This document shows positions 9,145 through 18,728 of a stretch of DNA of 64,000 bases, piece after piece; within the stretch, counting starts at the first letter, position 1, and each line of letters starts with the position of its first letter. Location: contig DASYSC010000086.1 of the NCBI GenBank assembly GCA_036003765.1, positions 1,158 to 65,157 on the forward strand, read 5' to 3'. The notes below the pieces were generated by a model. It did not search any database, was not told where the DNA came from, and saw nothing but the letters and a program-made list of their open reading frames with translations. Origin of the DNA: Candidatus Limnocylindria bacterium (lineage in GTDB: Bacteria > Chloroflexota > Limnocylindria > P2-11E). The translations under genes were made by a program, and so were the position numbers.

Positions 9145-9534
9145 ATGGCGACGACCAGCGCCGCACGCAAAGCGCTTCTCGCCCACGCGCTGACGCATAA
9201 AGGCGCGTGGGAGGACCACCCGTGGGGTGAGGACGTCGCGAAGGTCGGCAAGAAGATCTTCGTCTTCTTTGGGCAGGAGGGGCCGGGCCTCGGAGTCGGC
9301 GTGAAGCTTCCTCGCTCGCTGCTCTACGCGCGGGCGCAGCCGTTCGTCCAGAAGATGGGCTACGGCATGGACAAGTCCGGGTGGGTCGTCGCGCGATTCG
9401 CCAAGGGCGACGCGGTACCGGTCGAGCTCCTTCGGAGCTGGATCGACGAGAGCTACGAGGCGATCGCGGCGGCCGCCCTGCCCAAACGGAAGGCCCCCAC
9501 GAAGATGACCCGCCGGCCGGCCGCGCGCCGATGA
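9145..9534 (+). CDS. MmcQ/YjbR family protein
   Basis: [24 protein letters not shown] ... SGWVVARF ... [13 protein letters not shown] matches the YjbR pattern. Confidence 0.7.
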   Translation: MATTSAARKALLAHALTHKGAWEDHPWGEDVAKVGKKIFVFFGQEGPGLGVGVKLPRSLLYARAQPFVQKMGYGMDKSGWVVARFAKGDAVPVELLRSWIDESYEAIAAAALPKRKAPTKMTRRPAARR

Positions 9535-10250
9535 AGCTCGCGCTCGGCATCCACCGGATCGGCGAGGGCCTCATCAACTCCTATCTCCTCGAAGAAGGCG
9601 GCGAGGTCACGATCGTCGACTGCGGTGCGCCAGCGTATTGGAAGGATCTGCCGGCCGAGCTCGCGTCGATGGGTCGGTCGCTCGCGGACGTGCGTGCAGT
9701 AGTGCTCACGCACGCGCACGTCGATCACATCGGATTCGCGGAGCGCATCCGCAGCGAGCGCGGCGTTCCGGTCAACGTGCATGAGCTGGACGCGAGGATC
9801 GCGCGCGGCGAAGAGAAGCCGAAGAACCAGTCGTGGGCCGGTATCCGGATCGGCCCGCTGCTCGGCTTCATACGATTTGCCCTAGGTCACGGCATGCTGC
9901 GATCGACCCCGATCGCGGAGGTCGCCACGTTCGGCGATGGCGCGACCCTCGACGTACCCGGCGCACCGCGCGTGATCCATCTTCCAGGACATAGCGAAGG
10001 GAGCGCCGCGCTGCACATCTCAACACGCGACGCGCTCTTCGTCGGGGATGCCTTCGTCACCTTCCACGTGCTCTCGGGCGAGACGGGCCCGCAGCTTGCA
10101 CCGTTCGGGTCCGACCTGCCGCGCGCCCTCGCCTCGCTGGCGCGGCTCGACCGGATCGAAGCCGGTCTTGTTCTTCCTGGGCACGGCGAGGCGTGGACCG
10201 GCGGGCTCGCAGACGCGCTGCGACGCGTCCGGGAGAGCGCACCGAACTAG
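9531..10250 (+). CDS. MBL-fold metallo-hydrolase
   Basis: INSYLLEEGGEVTIVDCG and the metal motif LTHAHVDHIGF. The ATG overlaps the upstream stop (ATGA). Confidence 0.85.
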   Translation: MKLALGIHRIGEGLINSYLLEEGGEVTIVDCGAPAYWKDLPAELASMGRSLADVRAVVLTHAHVDHIGFAERIRSERGVPVNVHELDARIARGEEKPKNQSWAGIRIGPLLGFIRFALGHGMLRSTPIAEVATFGDGATLDVPGAPRVIHLPGHSEGSAALHISTRDALFVGDAFVTFHVLSGETGPQLAPFGSDLPRALASLARLDRIEAGLVLPGHGEAWTGGLADALRRVRESAPN

Positions 10251-10262
10251 CATTCGGCGCGC

Positions 10263-11642
10263 GTGACGCAGAAATTCCGAACGATCATCGAACCCTTCCG
10301 CATCCACTCGGTCGAGCCGCTGCGCATGACCACCGAGCAGGAGCGCAAGGCGAGGATCAAAGAGGCTGGTTACAACCTCTTCGCGCTCCGGGCCGAGGAC
10401 GTCCTGATCGATCTGCTCACCGACTCAGGCACGGGCGCGATGTCGCGGGATCAGTGGGCCGCGATCCAGCACGGGGACGAAAGCTACGCGGGCTCGCCCT
10501 CATGGTTCCGCTTCCTCGACGCGGTGCGCGAGCTCTTTCCGTTCCGGCACGTCATCCCGACGCATCAAGGCCGCGCGGCCGAGCGGATCCTCTTCTCGGT
10601 CATCAGTGGCCCCGGAAAGGTCATCCCGAACAACACGCACTTCGACACGACGCGCGCGAACATCGAGGCCACCGGCGCGGAGGCGGTGGATCTCGTCATC
10701 GCCGAGGGTCGTGAACCGCGGCGCATCCATCCGTTCAAAGGGAACATGGACATCGCGGCCCTGGAGACGCTGCTGGCGAAGCGCGCAGCCGACGTCCCGG
10801 TCGTCTTCGTGACCGTGACGAACAACTCCGGCGGCGGACAGCCGGTCTCGATGGAGAACATCCGCGCGGTGCGCGCGGTCTGCGATCGCTACCGCGTGCC
10901 GTTCTTCCTCGATGCGTGCCGGTTCGCGGAGAACGCGTGGTTCATCCGAATGCGCGAGAAGGGATATGCGGACAAGGCCGTTCCGGACATCGTCCGCGAG
11001 ATGGCGTCGTACGCGGACGGCATGACGATGAGCGCGAAGAAGGACCCGCTCGCGAACATCGGCGGCTGGCTCGCGCTGAACGACGACAGACTCGCGGAGC
11101 AATGCCGCAACCTGCTGATCCTGACCGAGGGCTTCCCGACGTACGGCGGACTCGCCGGGCGCGACCTCGAGGCGATCGCCCAAGGTCTGAAGGAGGCGGT
11201 GGAGCACGACTACCTGCGCTATCGCATCCGGTCTACCGAGTACCTCGCCGAGGCGCTGGATCGCGCCGGGGTTCCGATCGTGAAGCCCGCGGGCGGCCAC
11301 GCCGTGTACATCGACGCGCGGGCGATGCTTCCGCACATCGCGCCGCTCGCCTATCCCGGGCAAGCGCTGGCGGTCGCACTCTACGAGGCGGGCGGCATCC
11401 GCAGTGTCGAGATCGGCACGGTCATGTTCGGCCGTCACCCCGATGGGCGTGAGACGCCTGCCTCAATGGACCTCGTTCGGATGGCGATCCCGCGCCGCAC
11501 GTACACCCAGAGCCACATCGACTATGTGATCGAGGTCGTGACCGCGGTCGCGGCGCGAGGGTCAGAGCTGTGCGGCTACCGGATCGTCGACGAACCGCCT
11601 CAGCTCCGGCACTTCACCGCGCGCTTCGAGCCGCTGGCGTGA
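10263..11642 (+). CDS. tnaA: Tryptophanase (beta-eliminating lyase family)
   Basis: Full-length colinearity with Trpase/TPL (EPFRIHSVEP, DLLTDSGTGAMS, PLP-Lys SAKKDPLANIGG). HFDTTR (Asp) and LRHFTARF (His) sit at the positions I recall as distinguishing Trpase from tyrosine phenol-lyase. Confidence 0.8.
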   Translation: MTQKFRTIIEPFRIHSVEPLRMTTEQERKARIKEAGYNLFALRAEDVLIDLLTDSGTGAMSRDQWAAIQHGDESYAGSPSWFRFLDAVRELFPFRHVIPTHQGRAAERILFSVISGPGKVIPNNTHFDTTRANIEATGAEAVDLVIAEGREPRRIHPFKGNMDIAALETLLAKRAADVPVVFVTVTNNSGGGQPVSMENIRAVRAVCDRYRVPFFLDACRFAENAWFIRMREKGYADKAVPDIVREMASYADGMTMSAKKDPLANIGGWLALNDDRLAEQCRNLLILTEGFPTYGGLAGRDLEAIAQGLKEAVEHDYLRYRIRSTEYLAEALDRAGVPIVKPAGGHAVYIDARAMLPHIAPLAYPGQALAVALYEAGGIRSVEIGTVMFGRHPDGRETPASMDLVRMAIPRRTYTQSHIDYVIEVVTAVAARGSELCGYRIVDEPPQLRHFTARFEPLA

Positions 11643-11644
11643 GG

Positions 11645-12019
11645 TCAGGCCTGTTGTGTCGATCTAGCGGTCGGCGCCCGTGCGGTCGCGAGCAGACCGC
11701 CAACTAGCACGACCACTATGGCGGCGTGATACGCGACGTCGGGCACTGTACGCGGACCGACCCCGATGGCGATCGTGAACACGCCGACCAGTGTCCCAAG
11801 TAGCGCGATGGTCTGAGCGACAAGGCCGACCGCTCGTGTGGACGTCCGGCTGGCCCAGCTCAGCGCGAGACCGATGAGCAGCACGACGGCGATCACGCTC
11901 TCGGCGGTGCCGGCCTGGCGGTGCTCGTACCCCTGGGTCAAGACACCGAAGTGGACCAACGCGGCCGTGGCGAAGCTCGCGGCCTCGATGAGCAGGAGTG
12001 CTCGAATGGTCTGCGTCAT
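11645..12019 (-). CDS. Small integral membrane protein (4 predicted helices)
   Basis: The ATG at 12019 overlaps the upstream stop (ATGA). Hydrophobic sequence: LLIEAASFATAALVHFGVL, VIAVVLLIGLAL, LLGTLVGVFTIAIGV, AAIVVVLVGGLL. Confidence 0.6.
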   Translation of the reverse strand: MTQTIRALLLIEAASFATAALVHFGVLTQGYEHRQAGTAESVIAVVLLIGLALSWASRTSTRAVGLVAQTIALLGTLVGVFTIAIGVGPRTVPDVAYHAAIVVVLVGGLLATARAPTARSTQQA

Positions 12020-12591
12020 GAGGCACGCTCGAGGCCACGAGGTTCCATCGACCCCGGCGCCGCGCCTGATGTGGCGAACGCGAGGGCCACGCCGGCGACC
12101 GCGAACGCGACGAGCGCGAGGATCGATCCGACGAGGTCGGGTTTTACGGTCATGAGCAGCACGATCCCGAGCCCGATGCCGATCCGGGTAAGGATCGATG
12201 ACCAAACGATCCGATCGCGGATGCGGGCGCGCGCGTCGGGCAGGAGCGCGCCGCGTAAGGGCCCGATTGAACGACCGATGGCAGGCATCCGCGTGGCGTT
12301 CGACGCCGCGCCGAGCGCCGCCATCACGACCATCGCGAGCAAAGCGAGAACGTTCCAGGCTTGCCATCCGGCGCTCGTCACCACCATGTAAAGACCGGGG
12401 ACCAGGATCGTCACGAGCGCGACCGGCCCGATCACCCGGATCGAACCCATCACGCTGAGCCAATCCCGCGCCTGCTCGGCCGTTCCCGCCGAACGCAGCC
12501 TCGACACCGTCAGGAATTCGATGCCCAGCGCCACGAACAGCAAGAGCGCACCGACGATGTGCAGGTAGAGGACGATCGAATAGGCGTTCAT
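12016..12591 (-). CDS. Integral membrane protein (possibly DUF2269-like)
   Basis: Five or six hydrophobic helices. First gene of a two-gene membrane operon divergent from marR. Confidence 0.6.
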   Translation of the reverse strand: MNAYSIVLYLHIVGALLLFVALGIEFLTVSRLRSAGTAEQARDWLSVMGSIRVIGPVALVTILVPGLYMVVTSAGWQAWNVLALLAMVVMAALGAASNATRMPAIGRSIGPLRGALLPDARARIRDRIVWSSILTRIGIGLGIVLLMTVKPDLVGSILALVAFAVAGVALAFATSGAAPGSMEPRGLERAS

Positions 12592-12611
12592 GGTTTGTCT
12601 CCCCGCTAGGA

Positions 12612-12674
12612 ATCTGCGTCGAGACGATAACGCAGATACTTTGACTAGTCAAACTATCTTGCCAGTCAAACTAT
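12612..12674. promoter_or_regulatory. Divergent-promoter operator cluster
   Basis: Three elements: an 8-bp inverted repeat ATCTGCGT-N10-ACGCAGAT (12612-12637), a perfect 14-bp palindrome TTTGACTAGTCAAA (12640-12653), and the direct repeat AGTCAAACTAT at 12647-12657 and 12664-12674. Confidence 0.5.
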
Positions 12675-12694
12675 GCCAGCGGTATCATGCCCTC

Positions 12695-13201
12695 ATGCCG
12701 AGTCGCCCGCGTCCACGCCAAATGTCTCTAGCCGCCGATTCCTGGCGCAGCATCTTCGACTTCATCGCGAGTACTGCCGATCAGCGCGATCGCATACTCG
12801 AGCGCCTGGACCTCACTCCCGGTGACGTACGAGCTCTGAGCACCCTCGGAGCGAGCGAGGGTAAGACGATGTGGTCGCTGGCGAAGGAATGGCGATGCGA
12901 CGCGTCCACGGCAACGTGGTTGGTCGATCGTCTGGAGAAGAGGGGTTTCGCCAAGCGCGAGTCCTCGAAGACCGACCGGCGCGTGACGTTCGTGAGGCTC
13001 ACGCCGCTCGGGTCAACGACCAAGCGCCGACTGCAGTCCGCCCTCTACAAGCCTCCGCCCGAGCTCCTCCGGCTCGATGCCGCGGACCTCATGGCACTTC
13101 GCAAAGCCACGTCGAAGCTTCCGAGCGGTCCGTGGCCCGCGCCCCGTGCCGCGGCCGAGCTTCAACGAGTGAAGAGGCGGCCTGGATCTCATCCGGCCTG
13201 A
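12695..13201 (+). CDS. MarR family transcriptional regulator
   Basis: LTPGDVRALSTL...LAKEWRCDASTATWLVDRLEKRGFAKRESSKTDRRVTFVRLTPLG is the MarR winged HTH. ATG at 12695. Confidence 0.85.
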   Translation: MPSRPRPRQMSLAADSWRSIFDFIASTADQRDRILERLDLTPGDVRALSTLGASEGKTMWSLAKEWRCDASTATWLVDRLEKRGFAKRESSKTDRRVTFVRLTPLGSTTKRRLQSALYKPPPELLRLDAADLMALRKATSKLPSGPWPAPRAAAELQRVKRRPGSHPA

Positions 13202-13249
13202 GTCGCGCCATGGCACGCCGTTCCGAACCTCGGTGTAGGATCGCGATCC

Positions 13250-13492
13250 ATGGCCAAGTGGGTCCGTCTGCTTACCCGACCGGCCGGAGCCTCGAGCCAG
13301 TGGCACGTCCTCGCCATCGACAACGAATTCGCGGTCGCGAACGCGCTGTGTGGCGAGAGACTCCCGAGCGCCGTCGAGGTCGCGCCCGACGAGGACAGGA
13401 CCGAACGTGAAGGTCGCTGTCCCACGTGTGAGACCGGTCTAGCGGCGAAGCAGTCGGAAGCGCTCAGCGGCGTCGCTCCGCGGTCCCTCTAG
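13250..13492 (+). CDS. Hypothetical small protein with Cys motif (LCG ... CPTC)
   Basis: 80-aa ORF with GC-rich third positions. No recognised family. Confidence 0.35.
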   Translation: MAKWVRLLTRPAGASSQWHVLAIDNEFAVANALCGERLPSAVEVAPDEDRTEREGRCPTCETGLAAKQSEALSGVAPRSL

Positions 13493-13526
13493 AAGACCGG
13501 CGGCGTCGGCGGATCGTTCGAGCTAG

Positions 13527-14225
13527 TTAGGCGACCGGGAACCAGCGTTCGCGGAACGGGAATAGGTACCGGTCCGTGAGCACGTTGAGGAAGCGGCGCG
13601 CCTCGACGAAGCGCGCGGCGACATCGGGGAGCACATCGGGGGTGCCCGCGGAGCGCTGTTCCGCGAGGCGGTAGCAGACGCGACCAAGCCACTCGAGCAC
13701 CGTGATGCCACCCTCGCGAAACGCGCCCGCCGCGATCGGGGGTGGGCCTATGGGTCCCACGCTCGCCTCGATCGCGCGTGTGATCCGCGCGAGATGACGC
13801 GGCTCGATCGGATGACGGCCGGAGTGATCCGGGAAAACGCCGGCGAGGAAGAGCGCGAGGTCGCCTAGCCGGCGCAGTGCGGCGCCGCGCTTGGCCTCGG
13901 GCAGCGCTGCGATGAGCTCGCCGAGCCACAGCGGGTCGAGCTCGCTGTACCGGCGCCTTCGCCAGCCGCGGGCGGTACGTGACCAGACCCGGCCGCTCGC
14001 GACATGCGTATACGACGCGAGCAGCTCCGCGAGGAATATGCGCCGGTCCACGTCGTCCGCGAAGTCACGGAGTGAGGCGGTGTCGAACACGGGCACGCGC
14101 TCGCCGGGCCCCACCCATTCGGCAACGAACGAGAGCGAGGCGAGGTCGTCGGCGGTGCGCGCGATGAGCAGCCCGAACGTGTGGAGCGGGGACGCCGTCG
14201 GATCCGGTTCGAAGTGGGCTCTCAC
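13527..14225 (-). CDS. Hypothetical protein
   Basis: 232-aa ORF with non-artefactual composition. No recognised motif. Confidence 0.5.
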   Translation of the reverse strand: MRAHFEPDPTASPLHTFGLLIARTADDLASLSFVAEWVGPGERVPVFDTASLRDFADDVDRRIFLAELLASYTHVASGRVWSRTARGWRRRRYSELDPLWLGELIAALPEAKRGAALRRLGDLALFLAGVFPDHSGRHPIEPRHLARITRAIEASVGPIGPPPIAAGAFREGGITVLEWLGRVCYRLAEQRSAGTPDVLPDVAARFVEARRFLNVLTDRYLFPFRERWFPVA

Positions 14226-14231
14226 GGCAGG

Positions 14232-14981
14232 TTAGGCATCAGCATGGACGTGGCCGCGTGGCTCGAATGAAGGCCGCGCCTCTGGCAGCTGGACCTGTGC
14301 TCCCTTTACGAGAAGCCAAAAGATCATCGACAACTCGCCGAGGGCATAGAACGGCAGGGCGACCAGAGAAACGACCTGCCTCTGAGCCGGCAGGACGATC
14401 GACGTGAAGCTAGCGGTGACATAAGCCGCGCCCGCAACGATCAGGAGGATCCCCAGGATCTTGGGAAAGAATCCAGATCTGATCACGAGCATGCCGAACG
14501 GAAAGAGCCAGAGACCCCAAAACGCCGACGCAACGACAAGGCCGTTGGCGCGCAACGTGATAAGGCTGAACGCCAGGGCGTCCAACTGAGGCCTGGTGAA
14601 CGCTGACAAGAAGTCGGCGCCGCTCAAGACGATCAGGGGTGCGACCAGAACGATCAGGTCGACGAATCCGAGAGGGACGATGACCGAAGCCGATACCAGC
14701 ATGAGCATGGCGCGGTTCCTGTTGACGTCCTTGAGCAAGCTGTAAAGGCTCACGATCAGGAGGATCCAGAAGATCTGCGAGACAACACCGCTCAGGATCC
14801 CGATGCGATAGAGGAGCTCGCCATCCGTGATCCTGCGGGCCGTAGCGGCTGCGTCCCCGGCGACAACGAAGGCGGCCGGAACATAGACGATGCTGAAGGC
14901 CGCTGGTACCGCACTCAGCAGATACAGCACTCCGATGTACCGTGCTGTAGGTCTCCTTGTTGGCTGACGTTCGTTCTCCAC
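14232..14981 (-). CDS. DUF4386 family membrane protein
   Basis: GDAAATARRITDGELLYRIGILSGVVSQIFWILLIVSLYSLLKDVNRNRAMLML matches the DUF4386 signature. Visibly lower GC than its neighbours. Confidence 0.7.
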   Translation of the reverse strand: MENERQPTRRPTARYIGVLYLLSAVPAAFSIVYVPAAFVVAGDAAATARRITDGELLYRIGILSGVVSQIFWILLIVSLYSLLKDVNRNRAMLMLVSASVIVPLGFVDLIVLVAPLIVLSGADFLSAFTRPQLDALAFSLITLRANGLVVASAFWGLWLFPFGMLVIRSGFFPKILGILLIVAGAAYVTASFTSIVLPAQRQVVSLVALPFYALGELSMIFWLLVKGAQVQLPEARPSFEPRGHVHADA

Positions 14982-15303
14982 GTGATCCTGCTCTATGCCC
15001 TAACCGTGTCTCGCAACTCAGCTCACCGTTATAACGACTCTGGCCCGAGCGTGACCGTTTCCCACGTAGCGAATGGTTCTGGGGACCTGGCTTAGGGGCC
15101 GATACCTCGTCAATGCCTCTATGACATACGCCGTGAGCTGAGGTCACATTTCGTTCTCGATGCGCATCCGGCGTCGCCCAGCGCTGTGAAGAGGGGTGAC
15201 GGGCCCTGAGGGATCAGCGGAGAGGCGGACCGGCTTGCTGGATCTTGATGGCGACCACCGTCAATTGAGGTCAAACGGTCCTCAGGAACCCTAGGATCGA
15301 GCG

Positions 15304-16767
15304 GTGCGTGGCCACATCGCGATCGCGACCGTGCTGATCGTCGCCTGCTCGGCTCCGCCGCCGAACTCGACGCCAGTGGCGGCCGAACCGTCTGCGACGC
15401 CGGCGCCCGTCACCGCGACCCCTAGACCCATCACGACCGCGCCTCCGTCGAGCCCGGTCAGCGCGGGCGCCGTGCCCGACGCCGGGCTTTTGTTCTTCTT
15501 CGACTACGGCGGGCCTCCTGACCTGGGCCAGACCGTCATGCCGGCGGTGTATCGATACGACGGCGCCGCGGGCGTGCTTTCGAAGATCGACGGGTGGTTC
15601 TCCTGGAGCGTGGCTCATGAGACCGCCGGCGGCATCTACGTGCAGGGTCCGAACGGACGAATGGATTTCATGCGCTGGGACGGAGGCCGTGCCAGCGACC
15701 AGGAGTTCACCGCGTGTCAGCAGGAGCCCGGCCACTTCGCGTCCTGGTGCTCGGTGAGCGCCACCGGAGTCGGCGTGGGGTACGGCTCGCACACGGGGCC
15801 AGGGCCCGGCCCGTTCACTGGGCCGTGGTGTCCGCCGGCGTTCATTCGACTGCCGGGCACGGCGCGGAGCACGGGCTTCCCGGCCGAGCTCTGCGTCCAA
15901 GTGGCGCGGGTGAGCGCGGACGGGAAGCAGATCCTGATCAGCGACGTCGCGCGACAGGCGTCACCTGGGGCTCTCGTCGGAGGCCGCTGCCAGCCGGGGT
16001 ATGTCACGTTCGACGAGACCACGTGCTACGAGCAGCGCCTCTGGATCATGCCGGTCGATGGTCCGCCGCGGCGGCTGCAGCTCTCGCCGGGCCTGCCGGA
16101 GTTCGCTCCTCAGGAGCTCTCGCCCGACGGCAGGTCGGCGGTCGGATGGCACATCGGCGGCCTCGTCCTCGTCGATCTCCTTACCGGCCGGACCATTTCC
16201 CTCGGGCCTGATCGGCGGACAGGCTCGCCGCGATGGTCGGCGAGCGGCGGCCTCGCGTTCGTACGTGGCGCGGGGGAAGAGTCGTGGATCGACAAGACCG
16301 TCGTCGTCGTCACGGCGGACGGGTCAACGCGCGATGTCCGCTTCTCGCAGAGCGCCTGGGCCATCGGCCTCGCGCCCGCGTGGGATCCAACAGGGCGGCG
16401 CGTCGCGTGGATCGCCTCGCCCGCGGGCGTCGCCGGTGCGGCTGGCGCAGCCCAGAACTACCTCGATGGAAGGGGCGTCGGAGATCGCCGGGTGTTGGTG
16501 AGCGACCTGACCTCCGACCCGCTCGAGATCCGCTGCGGTGAGAGCGTCGCCGAGGGCGTGCGTTGGTCGCGCGACGGGACCGCGCTTCTCCTTATCTGCA
16601 GGCGGCCCGGCGCGCGCGTCGCTGCGTTCGAGCTGTGGTTGCACCGGCTCGGCGCTCCGGGCAACGCTTCCGTCCCTCTCGTGAGAGGGATCACCTGGGG
16701 AGGTGTGGATGCACACGGGTTCGCGCCTGATCTCTTTACGCATACCGCGTGGTCCCGCGCCGTGTAG
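15304..16767 (+). CDS. Lipoprotein with TolB/PD40-like beta-propeller repeats
   Basis: Lipobox LIVAC. Repeated SPDGRSAVGW, WDPTGRRVAWIA and RWSRDGTALLL motifs. Confidence 0.65.
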   Translation: MRGHIAIATVLIVACSAPPPNSTPVAAEPSATPAPVTATPRPITTAPPSSPVSAGAVPDAGLLFFFDYGGPPDLGQTVMPAVYRYDGAAGVLSKIDGWFSWSVAHETAGGIYVQGPNGRMDFMRWDGGRASDQEFTACQQEPGHFASWCSVSATGVGVGYGSHTGPGPGPFTGPWCPPAFIRLPGTARSTGFPAELCVQVARVSADGKQILISDVARQASPGALVGGRCQPGYVTFDETTCYEQRLWIMPVDGPPRRLQLSPGLPEFAPQELSPDGRSAVGWHIGGLVLVDLLTGRTISLGPDRRTGSPRWSASGGLAFVRGAGEESWIDKTVVVVTADGSTRDVRFSQSAWAIGLAPAWDPTGRRVAWIASPAGVAGAAGAAQNYLDGRGVGDRRVLVSDLTSDPLEIRCGESVAEGVRWSRDGTALLLICRRPGARVAAFELWLHRLGAPGNASVPLVRGITWGGVDAHGFAPDLFTHTAWSRAV

Positions 16768-16988
16768 CCCGTACCGGACAGTTTTCGAACCAACCACGAG
16801 CCGAGAAGCGCCAAAGAAGAGGTTGGTCGACCTCCTGATCGAGCACTACGGGGCGCTGGACAAGTTGCTTCGCTCAGCCGTGATCGACACCCGAAGTGGC
16901 CGAAATAGTGCTGGGGATTCCTCGACCCGTTCGCAGAGGTTCGACGCCGTCCGCTCTTCGAGCTCCGGCCGAGATAGGAGAATCCGAA

Positions 16989-17615
16989 GTGGGAACGATC
17001 GTGATCAGCGAGAATGTATCGCTCGACGGAGTGGTCGAGGATCCAGCGGGGGATGAGGGCTTTAGCCGCGGAGGATGGGTCGGACCGATCGCGGCCCGCG
17101 AGGACGTAGCCAAGGTCGCACTCGATGAGGCGCTCGGCGCCGAAGCATTTCTGCTTGGCCGGCGGAGCTACGAGTGGCTAGCCGCGCGGTGGCCAACACG
17201 CAGTGGCGCGTTGGCGGACCGGCTGAACAGCCTTCCCAAGTACGTCGTGTCCTCCACGCTCAAGGATCCCGCATGGAACAACTCGACCGTACTGGCGGGG
17301 GACCCGGTGGAGGAGGTCTCGAAGCTGAAGCAGCGGCTGAACGGTGAGATCGTCGTCGCGGCTAGCTTTCAATTGCTACGCATGCTTCTGGAGCACGACC
17401 TCGTCGACGAGATGCGATTGAAGGTCTTCCCAGTGGTACTCGGCGCCGGCAAGCGTCTATTCGGCGAGACGAGCGATAAGAAGCCGATGCGCCTCGTCGA
17501 CGGTCGGACTCTCGGCGACGGTATCGCCTACCTGACCTACAGCGTTGTCCGAACGTCTAGCGGTCCGACGTCATCAGCACCTGAGGAACGCGGAGTCGCC
17601 CGACAGCGCGTGTAG
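16989..17615 (+). CDS. Dihydrofolate-reductase-family protein (RibD C-terminal domain type)
   Basis: VISENVSLDGVVEDP...LLGRRSYEWLAARW...KYVVSSTL...MRLKVFPVVLGAGKRLF. The GTG at 16989 is preceded by AGGAGA. Confidence 0.75.
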   Translation: MGTIVISENVSLDGVVEDPAGDEGFSRGGWVGPIAAREDVAKVALDEALGAEAFLLGRRSYEWLAARWPTRSGALADRLNSLPKYVVSSTLKDPAWNNSTVLAGDPVEEVSKLKQRLNGEIVVAASFQLLRMLLEHDLVDEMRLKVFPVVLGAGKRLFGETSDKKPMRLVDGRTLGDGIAYLTYSVVRTSSGPTSSAPEERGVARQRV

Positions 17616-17702
17616 ACCGGACCGGACACTATTCGAACCGCTCATCTCCCAGGAAAAGGGCTTTCACTGCTTGATCTCCTAATCCGCTGCGAGAAGGAGC
17701 TG

Positions 17703-18539
17703 GTGGACCTTGCCGCGCTCCTAAGCGAGACAGATACCTCTATTGATGGCGAGAGCGGGAAGCGAAGTCAACAGGGAAGCACGGCTGTCCTCAGGCGTGA
17801 GTACGCAACCAATCGAGGCGGTTCCGCGTACGGACTCCTACCGCTTCAAGAAGCACTGGAACTATGCTGCCGCGCGATGGTCAGGGGAGGGCGTCTCTCG
17901 GCCACGGCGGGGCTGCTCTACGTTGTGTTCATGCTCGGCTTCATCGCGGTGTTGTTCACATCGGGAAAGGTCGGCAGCGAGGATTCCCAGAAGCTCGCAT
18001 GGGTCAGCGACAACGCGTCGAGGACTGGGACGGGCGCGTTGCTCCTCGGCCTCGCCGGCATTTCGATGCTCTGGTTCGTCGGAACTCTCCGCGTCGTCTT
18101 GTCGCGGGACGAGGGCCAGCCTGAACGACTTTCCATGCTTGCGTTCATTGGTGGAGCGATCTACTCGACGTTCCTGCTCCTCAGTAGCTTCTTCGTCGAG
18201 TTCGCCGTGATCAGCGCGACGATCGACAAGTACGCACCGGCAGTCGCAGTTTCGCTCGCGCTCGGGGCGGATCTCTCATTCTTCAGCCCTGGCTGGGCCT
18301 TCCCATGCTCGGTCCTCGTGTGGGCAACGGCGCTCGTAGGCGCGCGAGGGAACGCCTTCCCGCGCTGGCTCAGTTGGTCCTCCGCCGGACTGGCGATACT
18401 GCTCATCGCAAGCGCCGCGGTGACCTACATCTCCGGTGCGCTGGTCATTCTGCTCGGGCTTGTCCTCTTCCTCATGTGGGTGCTGGCGACGAGCGTCGTT
18501 CTGCTCAAGTCGAGCACGGCGGCGGCGGAGATCGTGTAG
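17703..18539 (+). CDS. Integral membrane protein, start uncertain (alternative ATG 17877)
   Basis: Six hydrophobic helices from LLYVVFMLGFIAVLF onward. Lower GC than surroundings. The stop overlaps the tRNA-Glu 3' end. Confidence 0.55.
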   Translation: MDLAALLSETDTSIDGESGKRSQQGSTAVLRREYATNRGGSAYGLLPLQEALELCCRAMVRGGRLSATAGLLYVVFMLGFIAVLFTSGKVGSEDSQKLAWVSDNASRTGTGALLLGLAGISMLWFVGTLRVVLSRDEGQPERLSMLAFIGGAIYSTFLLLSSFFVEFAVISATIDKYAPAVAVSLALGADLSFFSPGWAFPCSVLVWATALVGARGNAFPRWLSWSSAGLAILLIASAAVTYISGALVILLGLVLFLMWVLATSVVLLKSSTAAAEIV

Positions 18540-18610
18540 CCCGTAGCGGATTCGAACCGCTGATCTCAGCCTTGAGAGGGCTGCATCCTAGGCCACTAGA
18601 CGAACGGGCC
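18537..18610 (-). tRNA. tRNA-Glu (anticodon CUC)
   Basis: Reverse complement GGCCCGTTCGTCTAGTGGCCTAGGATGCAGCCCTCTCAAGGCTGAGATCAGCGGTTCGAATCCGCTACGGGCTA folds as a cloverleaf. Anticodon loop is CUCUCAA and the T-loop is GGTTCGAATCC. Confidence 0.85.
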
Positions 18611-18728
18611 GGGAGAACACCATTGTACCGGTGATGACCGACACGAACGATCCCTCGCGCTGAAGGCGCCGATCGTCGCGCCGGGCGTCCGGCGCATCGA
18701 ACTACCTCTCCCCCTCGCCCTCCGCAGC

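Noticed and set aside
15064-15074. ACGTAGCGAAT resembling part of the tRNA-Glu 3' half (CGTAGCGGAT) as a possible att repeat delimiting an island
   Set aside because: Only about 9-10 of 11 nt match, which is expected roughly once by chance in a window this size. It would exclude the low-GC DUF4386 gene from the island, and no integrase is present.
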